Shown: positions 38,584 to 48,154 of the stretch, in pieces | Position numbering within the stretch: the first letter of the stretch is position 1 | Layout of the letters: each line of letters opens with the position of its first letter | The notes under the pieces: model-generated | Database searches by the model: none | Seen by the model: the letters and a program-made list of their open reading frames with translations, nothing else | Told to the model about the DNA's origin: nothing | Assembly: GCA_963828255.1 (NCBI GenBank) | Contig: CAWHDZ010000008.1 | Location: 118,203 to 182,202 of the forward strand | Length of the DNA stretch: 64,000 nt | Direction of reading: 5' to 3' | Source of the DNA: an uncultured delta proteobacterium | GTDB taxonomy: Bacteria; Myxococcota; Myxococcia; Myxococcales; Anaeromyxobacteraceae | Made by a program: the position numbers and the translations under genes

Positions 38584-39420
38584 ATGCCGCTCCCCGCCAT
38601 GCCCGATGGGCTGCACACGAGCATCTCGCAGATGAAGTGCTTCCTGCGGTGCCCGCGGCAGTACGAGCTCAAGTACAAGCTCGGCATCCAGCCGGCGTTC
38701 ATGCCCGTGGCGTTCGCGTTCGGCCTGAGCTTCCACGGGGCAGCAGCGGCCCTGTACTCCGAGCTCAAGGCCACCGGCAAGCTCCCGCCCCGGGAGATGC
38801 TCGTGGACACGTTCAGGGACGCCTGGAGCCGGGCATCCGAGGGCCCGCTCCCGCTCCGGGACGATGAGGACGAGCCCGTGGACTCCGGCGCGGTCACCGA
38901 CAAGGGCATCTCGATGCTCGACGTCTTCCACGCCCACGTCGCGAAGACCATGAACGGTCACACCGTCGAGGGTGTGGAGGTCCCGTTCGTGGCTGCGCTC
39001 CATGACCCGGACACGGGAGAAGTCCTCGACGAGCAACTCGTCGGCACGATGGACCTCGTGCTCCGCCACGGGGACCACCGGGTCATCGTCGAGCACAAGA
39101 CGTCGGCCAGGAAGTGGTCCGACGACCAACTCGCCTACGACTTGCAGCCGACCGGCTACAAGTTCGCGGCGCAGCAGACCGGGCTGGGTGACGTGGGGCT
39201 CCGGCTCCAGGTGGTCACGAAGACGAAGCTGCCGGTGGTGCAGGTGGCCGACGTGGAGCGTGGTCCCCGGGATGAGGACGACTTCTTGAGGACCGCCGTC
39301 GGGGTCCTGCGCGCCGTCGACGCCGGGGTCGCCTACCCGGTGCGCGGGTGGGCCTGCAAGGGCTGCCAGTTCGCCCACGCCTGCAAGCCTAAGCGGCCGA
39401 AGCTGGCGCTGGTGGCGTAG
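38584..39420 (+). CDS. PD-(D/E)XK exonuclease, Cas4/AddB-like with Fe-S cysteines
   Basis: SISQMKCFLRCPRQY, G..FH, GTMDLV..IVEHKT, QPTGY, CKGCQFAHAC. Confidence 0.88.
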   Translation: MPLPAMPDGLHTSISQMKCFLRCPRQYELKYKLGIQPAFMPVAFAFGLSFHGAAAALYSELKATGKLPPREMLVDTFRDAWSRASEGPLPLRDDEDEPVDSGAVTDKGISMLDVFHAHVAKTMNGHTVEGVEVPFVAALHDPDTGEVLDEQLVGTMDLVLRHGDHRVIVEHKTSARKWSDDQLAYDLQPTGYKFAAQQTGLGDVGLRLQVVTKTKLPVVQVADVERGPRDEDDFLRTAVGVLRAVDAGVAYPVRGWACKGCQFAHACKPKRPKLALVA

Positions 39421-39679
39421 TTGCAGTTGGGGACGGCCAGGTCGGCCGCTTCCCCATTAGCGTTTGGTCACGCCTCGGCCGACGCTAAAGGCAACGTCAC
39501 CGTGAAGGTCGACCTCGTTCTCGACGGTCATCGTTCACCCGGGCCAGCGGGTGCCAGTACCTGACCCTGCCTGAGGCGGCTGCCGGCGGACATGCTGGTG
39601 CGGATCGAGGCCGAGACGAACCCGGCCGTCCCCTCTCGGAGACGACCGGGATCGTCAAGGCGGGCTGTTCGACGGCGTG

Positions 39680-40978
39680 CTAGCCGATCCGCCGCGCCTC
39701 CGCCTGCAGCTCGGAGGCTTCGGGCAGCTTCTCCGAGGTCTTCTTCTTCCACTGCTCCTCGATCAACTCCTTGGCGGCTAGTTCGAGGAACTCCGGCGCG
39801 GCCCAAGCGCGCACGTCGAAATCGTTCTTGATGTAGCCGTGCTTCAGCATGAACTCCTTGCCGGTCTCTACGCACTCAAGGTTCTGAAGCGACAGGTTCG
39901 GCACCATGTCGACGTTCTTGATGCCCTGATAGGTGTCCTCGGGATCACGGTAGAACGTCTGCCGGTCGAGGAGGTGCGCCGCCGCCTCCGGGAACTTGTT
40001 GGCCCAGCGGCCCACCTTGATCATCGCCTTCATGTAGGTGACCACGAGCTCGGGGTGCTCCTTGGCCATCACGTCCGTGCAGGTGATGACCGCAGGGGTG
40101 TTGGCGACCTGCAGCCGGTAGTCCGGGTACCGCGTCAGATCCTCGATCATCCTGATCTTGCCCGTGTCCTCCTGCAGGTGCTGGAAGACCTTGCTCTGCG
40201 TGTAGATCGCGTCGACCTTGCCGCCGAGCAGCGCAGCCTCCATCGGCCGGAACGCGAGGTCGCGCTTGTGATCGCGCGTCGCCCAGAGGTCCGTCGGGTT
40301 GATCAGCGGTTCCAACATCTTCGGGCTGTCGTACCAGTCGTCGGCGTAGGGGAACTCGACGATCTGCACGTCCTTCATGGTCATGTTGTGCAGCATGAGC
40401 ATGTTGGCGATTCCCATGTGCTCCTGGATGCGCCACCAGTCGTTCTTGATGGTGTTCAGGCTCTTGGAGAGGGCGATTCGCTTCCCCTTGAGATCGGACA
40501 TGCGATGGATCGGGTCGTCGACGCGCACGGCCATGCAGCCGCCTTCGTAGACCCAGGTGCAGCCGAGCAGCCGGGTCCTGCGGATGTCGGCCTGGACGTG
40601 GATCGGGGGGTACAGCCCGCCGAAGCGGATCAGGTTCTCCTGGTTGTGGATGTAGTGCGGATACCAATCGGTCTCGCGGCGGCTGCGGAAGTACGAGTAG
40701 TCGATGCCCTTGGCCTTGAAGTCGGTCTTGCACCAGCCGAGCTCCTGGTCGATGTTGTTCGCCGACACCATCGGGCAGTTGGTGAAGTAGACCTCTTTCC
40801 AGTTCAGGGCCACCGTGCCGCCCTTTCGGCCGCCTGACGGCGCCGCGGTGGCAGCCTGCGCCTGCGCCACCGGGACGACAGATGAAAGGGCAGCCCCGGC
40901 CGCCATGGTTCCGGCAGCCAGCAGCGCTTCGCGTCGGGTCATGCCGTTACCGTCGTGCTTGCTCATCGACTCCTCCAT
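39680..40978 (-). CDS. Tat-exported DszB-like (desulfinase / SsuA-fold) protein
   Basis: TRREAL Tat signal with AQA site; YFTNCP, H..., IRFGGLYPP, RTRLLG and DLKGKRIA match the DszB pattern as recalled. Confidence 0.75.
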   Translation of the reverse strand: MEESMSKHDGNGMTRREALLAAGTMAAGAALSSVVPVAQAQAATAAPSGGRKGGTVALNWKEVYFTNCPMVSANNIDQELGWCKTDFKAKGIDYSYFRSRRETDWYPHYIHNQENLIRFGGLYPPIHVQADIRRTRLLGCTWVYEGGCMAVRVDDPIHRMSDLKGKRIALSKSLNTIKNDWWRIQEHMGIANMLMLHNMTMKDVQIVEFPYADDWYDSPKMLEPLINPTDLWATRDHKRDLAFRPMEAALLGGKVDAIYTQSKVFQHLQEDTGKIRMIEDLTRYPDYRLQVANTPAVITCTDVMAKEHPELVVTYMKAMIKVGRWANKFPEAAAHLLDRQTFYRDPEDTYQGIKNVDMVPNLSLQNLECVETGKEFMLKHGYIKNDFDVRAWAAPEFLELAAKELIEEQWKKKTSEKLPEASELQAEARRIG

Positions 40979-41020
40979 CCGTTGAGGTCCTCTCGGACCG
41001 TTGCCGTCGGCGCCGTTGCA

Positions 41021-41512
41021 CTACTTCGCGGGCGCGAGGATGATCTCGTCGTCCGTGATCGAGGTCTTGACCGGGTAGCCGGCCCTGGCCCAGTCCTTCA
41101 TGCCTTCCTTAACGCTCACGGCGTTCTTGTAGCCGAGTTCGTTGAGCACCTTGGTCGCGAGTGCCGCCCGGCCGCCCGTCCTGCAGTAGACGTAGATCTT
41201 CTTGGCCTTGTCCGGGACGGCGGACCAGATGTTGAACTCCAGCACGCCGCGGGCGACGTTGACGGCGCCCGGCACGTGGGCGGCGCTGAACTCGTCGGGG
41301 TTGCGCACGTCGATGATGACGAAGTCCCCCTTGGAGTCGAAGGCGGCCTTGAATTCCGCGAGCGGCACCTGAACCGTCGCAGCCCGCGCCTTCTCGACCA
41401 TCTCCTTGACGGGGGTCGACATCCACGCGGGCTGGGCGGGCGCCTGAGCACCGGCCACCGAGGTGACGGCGAGGCTCATGGCGACTGCGGATGACAACAG
41501 GATCTTCTTCAT
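41021..41512 (-). CDS. Exported rhodanese-domain sulfurtransferase
   Basis: Sec signal; IIDVRNPDEFSAAHVPGA, YCRTGGRA, GMKDW. Confidence 0.9.
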   Translation of the reverse strand: MKKILLSSAVAMSLAVTSVAGAQAPAQPAWMSTPVKEMVEKARAATVQVPLAEFKAAFDSKGDFVIIDVRNPDEFSAAHVPGAVNVARGVLEFNIWSAVPDKAKKIYVYCRTGGRAALATKVLNELGYKNAVSVKEGMKDWARAGYPVKTSITDDEIILAPAK

Positions 41513-41673
41513 GGCTCTTTGCTCCTCATCCAGTTCGGCCCGGGCGAAGTGTTCTGATCAGACGGCGTCGATGCGGCAGTATGACTCATGGTTCCCTTAG
41601 TTCACCTCGCGGCCGCTCAGCGCCAGGTCACCTCGACCGGCCTTCGCAATGGAACCCGGTCTGGTGGGGGGTG

Positions 41674-42693
41674 TCAAAACTCGGGATCCGGGAACGCTGG
41701 CTCTCGGCCCTCGGTGAAGGCGCGGATCCCCTCAATGCGGTCGGGGTGGACGACAGATCGCCAGTGCATGTCCATCATGATCGCGTTGGCCTGCTCCACC
41801 GGTGCGCCCTGTCCCAGCTGGACGGCACGTTTGACGGACTGCACGGCCGTGGGGGAGTTGTCGGCAATCTTCTCCGCGATGGCGAGCACCCGCGTCATCA
41901 GCTGAGCCCTCGGGTGAACCTCGTTGACCATGCCGAGCCGGTGGGCCTCCCGTGCCGTGATGGGCTCCCCGGTCATCAGCATCTGCATGGCCATCCCCGG
42001 TGGGAGGAACCGGGGGAGGAAGATCGGTGCACCACCACCGGCGGACAGTCCGACCATCGCCTCGGGTTGGCCGAAGCGTGCCTCATCGGACGCGATGATG
42101 AAGTCCGTGCTGATGGCGATCTCGCAGCCACCGCCGTAGGACATCCCGTGGACGGCGGCGATGATCGGTCTGCGCAGCTGGCGCAGCGTGTAGAGCAGGC
42201 GGTCGAAGACCTGGCGCTGGCGCAACCACTGCTCCTGCGTCATCTGCTTGCGCTGGTACAGATCACCGCCGACGGAGAAGGCCCGGTCGCCTGCACCGGT
42301 GAGGATGGCGACGCGCACGGAGGCCCGGGCCGCGACGGTCTCCAGGACCTCGATCATCTGAGCCGCCAACTCCGTCGTAATGGCGTTGTCAGCATGCGGC
42401 CGGTTGAGGGTGATGACCGCGATGCGCCCGCTGGAGACGTACTCGACGAGCACGAGTTGCTTTGGCTCTGGAACATCGGCAGGCGACCGGTAGCCCATCC
42501 TCTTCATCCGCGTGTCTGCGCTGTCCGTCATGGTTTCCCCCGGCAGCTTGACGGCCGGGACCGCACTCGCCTTCTCCGGAGCCTGCGCCTGCGCTGGCAA
42601 GGCGACGGCGGCGAGCGCCGCGCCGACCGCCGCGGTTCCCCCTGCGATCATCACCTGCCGTCGAGTCACTCCCTGTTCAGGCTTCTCGCTCAT
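41674..42693 (-). CDS. Enoyl-CoA hydratase/crotonase family protein with Tat-like signal
   Basis: VTRRQVM + hydrophobic stretch + AQA; ITLNRP..NA, AFSVGGDL, GGGCE, FGQPE. Confidence 0.88.
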   Translation of the reverse strand: MSEKPEQGVTRRQVMIAGGTAAVGAALAAVALPAQAQAPEKASAVPAVKLPGETMTDSADTRMKRMGYRSPADVPEPKQLVLVEYVSSGRIAVITLNRPHADNAITTELAAQMIEVLETVAARASVRVAILTGAGDRAFSVGGDLYQRKQMTQEQWLRQRQVFDRLLYTLRQLRRPIIAAVHGMSYGGGCEIAISTDFIIASDEARFGQPEAMVGLSAGGGAPIFLPRFLPPGMAMQMLMTGEPITAREAHRLGMVNEVHPRAQLMTRVLAIAEKIADNSPTAVQSVKRAVQLGQGAPVEQANAIMMDMHWRSVVHPDRIEGIRAFTEGREPAFPDPEF

Positions 42694-42961
42694 GGGTGCA
42701 ATACCTCGGGACCGTGTGGTGAGACCGCTTGCGACCTAGTAGGACGCGCTGCCGCTGCGGCGCAGAGCATACAGAGGGCGCACCGGCCTGTGACCTGGGA
42801 GTTCCACTAGGTAGTTTCAGAGTTTCTCGTGGCCTTCCAGCGACTTACGGACCCAGGTCCGGATCTGGAAACATCTCCGTGTCCCGGCAGGTCGATCCGG
42901 AGAGGCCCGGGGAGGGTGTTCCCCGGCTGGCCAACCAGTTCGGGATTTGGTCGGAGATGTC

Positions 42962-43519
42962 TTACGCCGCAGCCGGTTCACCAGCCTGGTGGGCAAGCGA
43001 CACGGCGAGCCGCAAGTACGGAACTGAGTTCCGGAGTCCCTCCACGCTTCTCAGGACGGAAGGGGCGGAGGATCCTTCTCGCTCAAGCTCCGCCTGGCGT
43101 GTCTCGAAGTCGTCAGCGGCATCGCCTAGCGTCCCAGCAAACTGAGTGGCCGCGTCCTGGCATCCGGCGTGGAGTGCGCTCCATTCGTCGGGGTAGTCAG
43201 CTGCGAGGTGTTCTCGGAGCACCTCCTCCAGGAGTGAAACGGACTCTTCGATGACGTCCCTGGGCGGCAAGGTGGAATGGTCGGCACGGCGGAGCCCGTC
43301 GAGCATCGCGACCATTTCTTCTTCAGCGTTCCGCTGATTAGATCCTTCTCCCGAGCGTGCCTTCCTGGCGATTTCTCGCAGGTCGAGAACAGCATCTAGG
43401 GCCCAAAATGTGAGGGCGATCCGTCCCAGATCCCAGTGGCCGTCGGATTCCTGGGCGGCGTCTGTCGGGTTGGTCGTCGGGCTGGAGTTGGATTCCATGG
43501 GCGTTTTCTCCTGCACCAT
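42962..43519 (-). CDS. Hypothetical protein
   Basis: Acidic helical-looking ORF; no recognised motif. Confidence 0.55.
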   Translation of the reverse strand: MVQEKTPMESNSSPTTNPTDAAQESDGHWDLGRIALTFWALDAVLDLREIARKARSGEGSNQRNAEEEMVAMLDGLRRADHSTLPPRDVIEESVSLLEEVLREHLAADYPDEWSALHAGCQDAATQFAGTLGDAADDFETRQAELEREGSSAPSVLRSVEGLRNSVPYLRLAVSLAHQAGEPAAA

Positions 43520-44008
43520 GCTCACCGCGGCCAGATTGTGTGGGAAGGGAGAACTGGGGATTCCCGCTGGGGCTTGCGGTGATTTCCGACCTTCGCTGGG
43601 CCTTGATCGGTCCCGGCGATGAGTCGGTGGAAGGTCTCGCCATCGAGACATTCGAACCTGGGATACCGGCCTCCGCCAGGGTTCCCAGCCTGGAGAGCCA
43701 GACCTGGCTCCAGAAATCCCCCCGAAATTTCGGCCAAGTCGATTTGAGAACCAAATCTCAAATGCCGGGTGGGGGACTGGAGGGACGATCTGGCGGCAGC
43801 CAGGGGAATGGGCAGGCCAGATTCGTCCCTGGGGGCCCTGAGGGAATCCTGACGGGCCTGACGAGGCCCTCGTGTGAGGCACGAGGCTCGGCTACCACCC
43901 TCCCCCATCCCCCGGCTGGCGATTCGACGCTTCATAGCCGCGGCGCCAGGCGAGGTCAGGGGGCCAGCTTCGGCCTGTCTCCTGACCTTGCCGAGCGACC
44001 CTCGCGCC

Positions 44009-44410
44009 CTATGCCACGCCGACACCATCCGAGAACGGCTCCGTGCACCAACCGCGGCCCGGCAAGTGGTTCAGGAGCAGAGTTCCGAGTTGCGTAATCA
44101 CGAAGACGCGGACTTGGAGGCCTTCCGGGTCGGCCTCGCGGGCAAGCCATTGTTGAGTTACTGGATCTAGCTGCTCTATCGCTTGTGCCAGAAGTATCCC
44201 CCGAACCTCGGCGCTCATGGCGAACACATTCTGCTTTCCATCCCAGCCAATGTTCCTCGCCGCCTCGATGGCCACGCCATGTGGCTCGAAGACCGCCACG
44301 GCGATGGCCCCAGTGCTGGCGATCTCCGCGATGGCCTCGACGTTGGGCCGTAGGCACTTCTCCAGAAGATCCCTCCTGAACTTGCGTTCCAATTCCCTTG
44401 AGTTCTTCAT
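44009..44410 (-). CDS. Hypothetical protein
   Basis: Globular-looking ORF; start uncertain. Confidence 0.55.
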   Translation of the reverse strand: MKNSRELERKFRRDLLEKCLRPNVEAIAEIASTGAIAVAVFEPHGVAIEAARNIGWDGKQNVFAMSAEVRGILLAQAIEQLDPVTQQWLAREADPEGLQVRVFVITQLGTLLLNHLPGRGWCTEPFSDGVGVA

Positions 44411-44607
44411 TATGGATTCCCAAAGCCATGTAGTGGCTTGGGGCCGGCCCTGTGTGCGCCTTACCGTGTGTGATTTCACGTCCCTGTAATCGAGTCGGGA
44501 CATGAGCTGTTTCCCGCACGACCAGACGCTCCATGGGTACGAACGAAGCTCGTCCGGCCCGTCGCCGTTCACTCCTGGTCTGGAACCTGTCTCGACGGTC
44601 GAGAAGG

Positions 44608-45366
44608 CTAGGCAGCTTTGTGGGCCGGTAATGCCTTGGCGGAGCTGACGGCGGCATCGGCAGGTCCTGGCTGCATCTCGCCGCGAATCGCCGCCATTTC
44701 CTGCGCGACTGCCTTGCCGACGTTGTTTAGCTCCGCCCCCATTTCGTTGATGACGGTCTGGATTCCCGCAAGAGTCTGCTCAGCGAGTTCTGCGTCACCA
44801 GCGGCCATCATTCCCCTAGCCCGGCGAACGTCGGCCATCGTGGTCGCCATGCGTCCCTTGAAGGCATCGCCGTAAGTGCGAACCTGGCGCAGGGTGCTGT
44901 CCAGGAGAGCCGGGGCGGTGCGAGGAAGGTCTGGGGACGAGCTTGTGGTCCTAGCGCTCCGCGCCGTCACGTTGTCGTCGCCTTCCACCTTCTCGATCAC
45001 GCTCGTGAGGAACTTGTTGCGTTCAGCAGCGCTCCCGAGCTGGGCCGCCTCGACGAAGTGGGACCGGGAGAGGAGCCCCTGCACGTCTCTCGTCAGCCAC
45101 TTGCCGATGTCCCGCTTCGAGAACACGTCCGGCACCTTGGCCCAGGCGTAGATTGTCTTCGGGTCCCGGCGAAGCGCCTCGGCCAGTTGCTTGACTCGTC
45201 CCTCGCCAAGGTTCTTGTTGTCGCGCGCCTTCTTCACCTCCAGTGCGGCCTGGAACCAAGCCTTGATCGCTGCGGTGCTCATTCCGTGGGCGTGCTTCAG
45301 GTGCTTCTCAACCGTTGCCGCAATGCGGATTACGAGCGTTTTTGTGGACTTCATTTTGTGCTCCAC
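44608..45366 (-). CDS. Hypothetical protein, possible HTH + coiled coil
   Basis: VKQLAEALRRDPKTIYAW is HTH-like; helical C-terminus. Confidence 0.6.
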   Translation of the reverse strand: MEHKMKSTKTLVIRIAATVEKHLKHAHGMSTAAIKAWFQAALEVKKARDNKNLGEGRVKQLAEALRRDPKTIYAWAKVPDVFSKRDIGKWLTRDVQGLLSRSHFVEAAQLGSAAERNKFLTSVIEKVEGDDNVTARSARTTSSSPDLPRTAPALLDSTLRQVRTYGDAFKGRMATTMADVRRARGMMAAGDAELAEQTLAGIQTVINEMGAELNNVGKAVAQEMAAIRGEMQPGPADAAVSSAKALPAHKAA

Positions 45367-45905
45367 GATCGGCGATGCCGATCTGCATCGGAAGAACTTT
45401 TGCGCGTCCAGGGATCACCAACGAAGGACACCGTCGGCTGCTCGTCCCTCGGATGCGCTGCGCTTTTGGCCGGCGCCTGACGGCGCGGCCGACTCACTGG
45501 CGCGGCAGGACGCGATTCCTTTGCGTCTAGCGCGTTCTCAGAGCGTTCCGCCTTCGTATCGGTGGCCCGCATGCCGCATCAACTGCCGCACGGCGCGGAT
45601 CTGCCCAACGCCCACCGAACTCATCAGCGGCTGTTCACCCGATGCCTCCCGAATCACTGAGCATGGCCGACGCACTCGTCTCGTATGCGCTGATCAACGC
45701 CGGTGCTGCCCGTTTCACTCCACGATTGCTTGCCAGAAGACGGGCCTCAAGACCCCCTCCCGGGGTGGGGCGGAGTCACCCCAGGGTCGCGGCCCGTAAC
45801 ACCTCGGATGAACTTGACTCCTGGTCGCACACACCCCAGCAGCCTTGATGGGTCCCCTCGTTGGGCGCAAAGCCTGCCGCGCGAGGGCCCCGAGTGGCTT
45901 TTGAC

Positions 45906-46790
45906 TCAGCAGCCAGGGAGGATTCGACCCTCGATTACTCTCAGTTCCACCCCGACAAACGAACCCGGCTCGGTGGTTCCATCGGCGGCCAAGGCCCGCA
46001 CGTCGCGCAGGAGGTTCAGGCTGTCCTCGATCTCGCGCGTGGTTCGCCTTCTGTAGATGTCGAGTCTCCCGAGCTGCGCCGGATCGCCGACCGATGGATC
46101 TTGCGCGAGCTGGATGCGCTCCTCTTCGATCGCGGCACGGGCGGCAGCCCGCGCCACGGTGAGGTAGGTCTCGACGTCTCGCGCAACGACGCCGAGGTCA
46201 TGGAATGTCTCGGGCTCGACACCGATGACGGCGTCGGTGAGGACGGCGTTGACCGCGTCTCGAAGGGGAACGAGGAGCGACATCGGGACATCTACGGCCT
46301 CGACCATCTCCACGGTTCGCCGCATCGCTGGCCCGAGCGCCAGTATGACCTCCAGCTCCACGGACCCGGCGACAGTCTCGACTGTCTCGGCAAGCGCCCC
46401 GACAGCCTGGAGCGCATCGGTCACCACGGAGAGCCGTCGACCCGACTCAGCCTGCTTCAACGCGACGTCGACTCCCTCATCGGCGACGCGCCTCGCCTGG
46501 CGGTCGATGCGGTCCAGTCGCAGGAACGCATCGGAGATCTTCGCGACCAGGATCGCCTCGCCGGCCGTTCTGGGCCCGAGCGTGGTCGTCCACGCATCGA
46601 GCTGATGCCGATGCTCTTCGAGGGTCTCGCCGGGCATGAGCACGCGTTTCGCCGAGATGCCGTGCGCCGTGGCGTTCAACGACGACCGCTCCTTGCCGGG
46701 CGGCGTAACGGGACCGACGCTCCTGCTACCGTTCGTTCGGCTGGCCGCGAGCTGGGATTCCGTGCGCGACGTGGTCTGGGTGCCATTCAT
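45906..46790 (-). CDS. Hypothetical protein with N-terminal GPxTxxGK motif
   Basis: QLAASRTNGSRSVGPVTPPGKERSSLNATAHG resembles a recurring uncharacterised motif. Confidence 0.7.
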   Translation of the reverse strand: MNGTQTTSRTESQLAASRTNGSRSVGPVTPPGKERSSLNATAHGISAKRVLMPGETLEEHRHQLDAWTTTLGPRTAGEAILVAKISDAFLRLDRIDRQARRVADEGVDVALKQAESGRRLSVVTDALQAVGALAETVETVAGSVELEVILALGPAMRRTVEMVEAVDVPMSLLVPLRDAVNAVLTDAVIGVEPETFHDLGVVARDVETYLTVARAAARAAIEEERIQLAQDPSVGDPAQLGRLDIYRRRTTREIEDSLNLLRDVRALAADGTTEPGSFVGVELRVIEGRILPGC

Positions 46791-46850
46791 GACGAAAGTT
46801 TGGAGCAGGATTTCGCCCTGTGGGAAGAGCGGCGATTGCCGCCAGGAGCT

Positions 46851-47825
46851 TCACGTTCCACGGCTGGCCTTCTTCCTGTAGGGCCTCACCTTCTTCGGGG
46901 GACAAGGGGGTGGAAGGCGCTTCCAGCCGCGCCAGTTCCTGATGGCGAGGTCCACGGCCGGCTCCTGGAGCATCTCGTTGATGACGGCCACCGAGACCGA
47001 GCCGTCCCTCGACGCCTCCTCCAGGTCGAACTGGTTCTTCACGAGCAGCCGGACGAGAGCGGCCTCGCCAGGGGTGCAGCCGCGTCCGATTCGGGAGATG
47101 CCGAGCAGTCGGTCACGCTGAACGGGCCTGTGAGATGGTGGCGGGATCTTCTTGCCGCTGTCGAGATGGTCTACTTCGCCGCGCAGACGGGGAAGAGCAC
47201 AGGCCAGGACTTGTTCCGCGCTCTTACGGTCTTGCGCAAGAGGTGAAGACGAACCGGAAGAAGGGGAAGACGGAGGGGGCTGACGACCCCGCTTCCGGGC
47301 ACGCGCGGCTTCTAGTTCTTGGGTTTCTTGAAGAGCCGTCTTGAGTCTCTCGCGAAGAGCTGCTTTGTCCTGCTCGCGCTTGGCGATCTCTTCCATAACC
47401 CGCAGCTCGTCGATGAACCCGAGGCGATGGGCTGGAGACATGGCAGGTGGGCGGAACCAGCCGAAGAGATTCCACCTCTTGCGGCGTGTGAACCGCTGCC
47501 GCTGGAGCGCGTGGGCAAGACCGTGGGCTGAGCGGGAGCCAATTCCCAGGTTTTCAATCGTCGCATTCAACTTATTGCCATCTATATGGTGAATGATTTC
47601 ATTTCTCTTCTTTTCGCGACGAAGAGGGGCAAAGAAGTCCCACACGCATTCGTGCAACGGAGCAACCGGACCTTCTCCGTCAAATAACCATGGATATTCA
47701 GACATATACGGAACATCCGGCGCAATACCGACGGAAATATCTGGTTCGGAAATGCCCTGGATATAGAACCAGGAATTCATCCTGATCCCATTAACATCAA
47801 CATATATGGAATTGCCATTAGTCAT
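46851..47825 (-). CDS. HNH endonuclease-domain protein with C-terminal helical/HTH-like region
   Basis: LHECVW...IHHIDGNKLNATIENL...H...H (HNH_3-like); low-GC 5' half. Confidence 0.75.
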   Translation of the reverse strand: MTNGNSIYVDVNGIRMNSWFYIQGISEPDISVGIAPDVPYMSEYPWLFDGEGPVAPLHECVWDFFAPLRREKKRNEIIHHIDGNKLNATIENLGIGSRSAHGLAHALQRQRFTRRKRWNLFGWFRPPAMSPAHRLGFIDELRVMEEIAKREQDKAALRERLKTALQETQELEAARARKRGRQPPPSSPSSGSSSPLAQDRKSAEQVLACALPRLRGEVDHLDSGKKIPPPSHRPVQRDRLLGISRIGRGCTPGEAALVRLLVKNQFDLEEASRDGSVSVAVINEMLQEPAVDLAIRNWRGWKRLPPPCPPKKVRPYRKKASRGT

Positions 47826-48154
47826 ATCGTTACCCCGCTTACCGACAATTCAGACATCAAATCAATATGGGGACTCGGAGAGCTGGTGCCAGGTGGACGA
47901 GACCGCGTAGCGGTTGAGGCCCCTGCTGAAGATGCACCTCTCCGAGTCCCCTGATGTAGAGGGACGACGGAATGCTCCGGAAGGTGCGGACCAGCCGAGT
48001 CCAGTGAGATCCAACTGGCTGGGACCTGAACCGTCCGAAGGTGAAGACGCACTCCAGTCCGGACAATAGCCGGGGGTCTCTCAAGTGCGCCGCGGTCAAT
48101 GACCGCCGCGAGGAATCTTGCCTCACTACCCGGTCGGTCTATCGTGACGCACGG

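Noticed and set aside
38584..39420. Cas4-like nuclease as evidence of a CRISPR-Cas system
   Set aside because: No repeat-spacer array or other cas genes in the window; its context is an annealase partner
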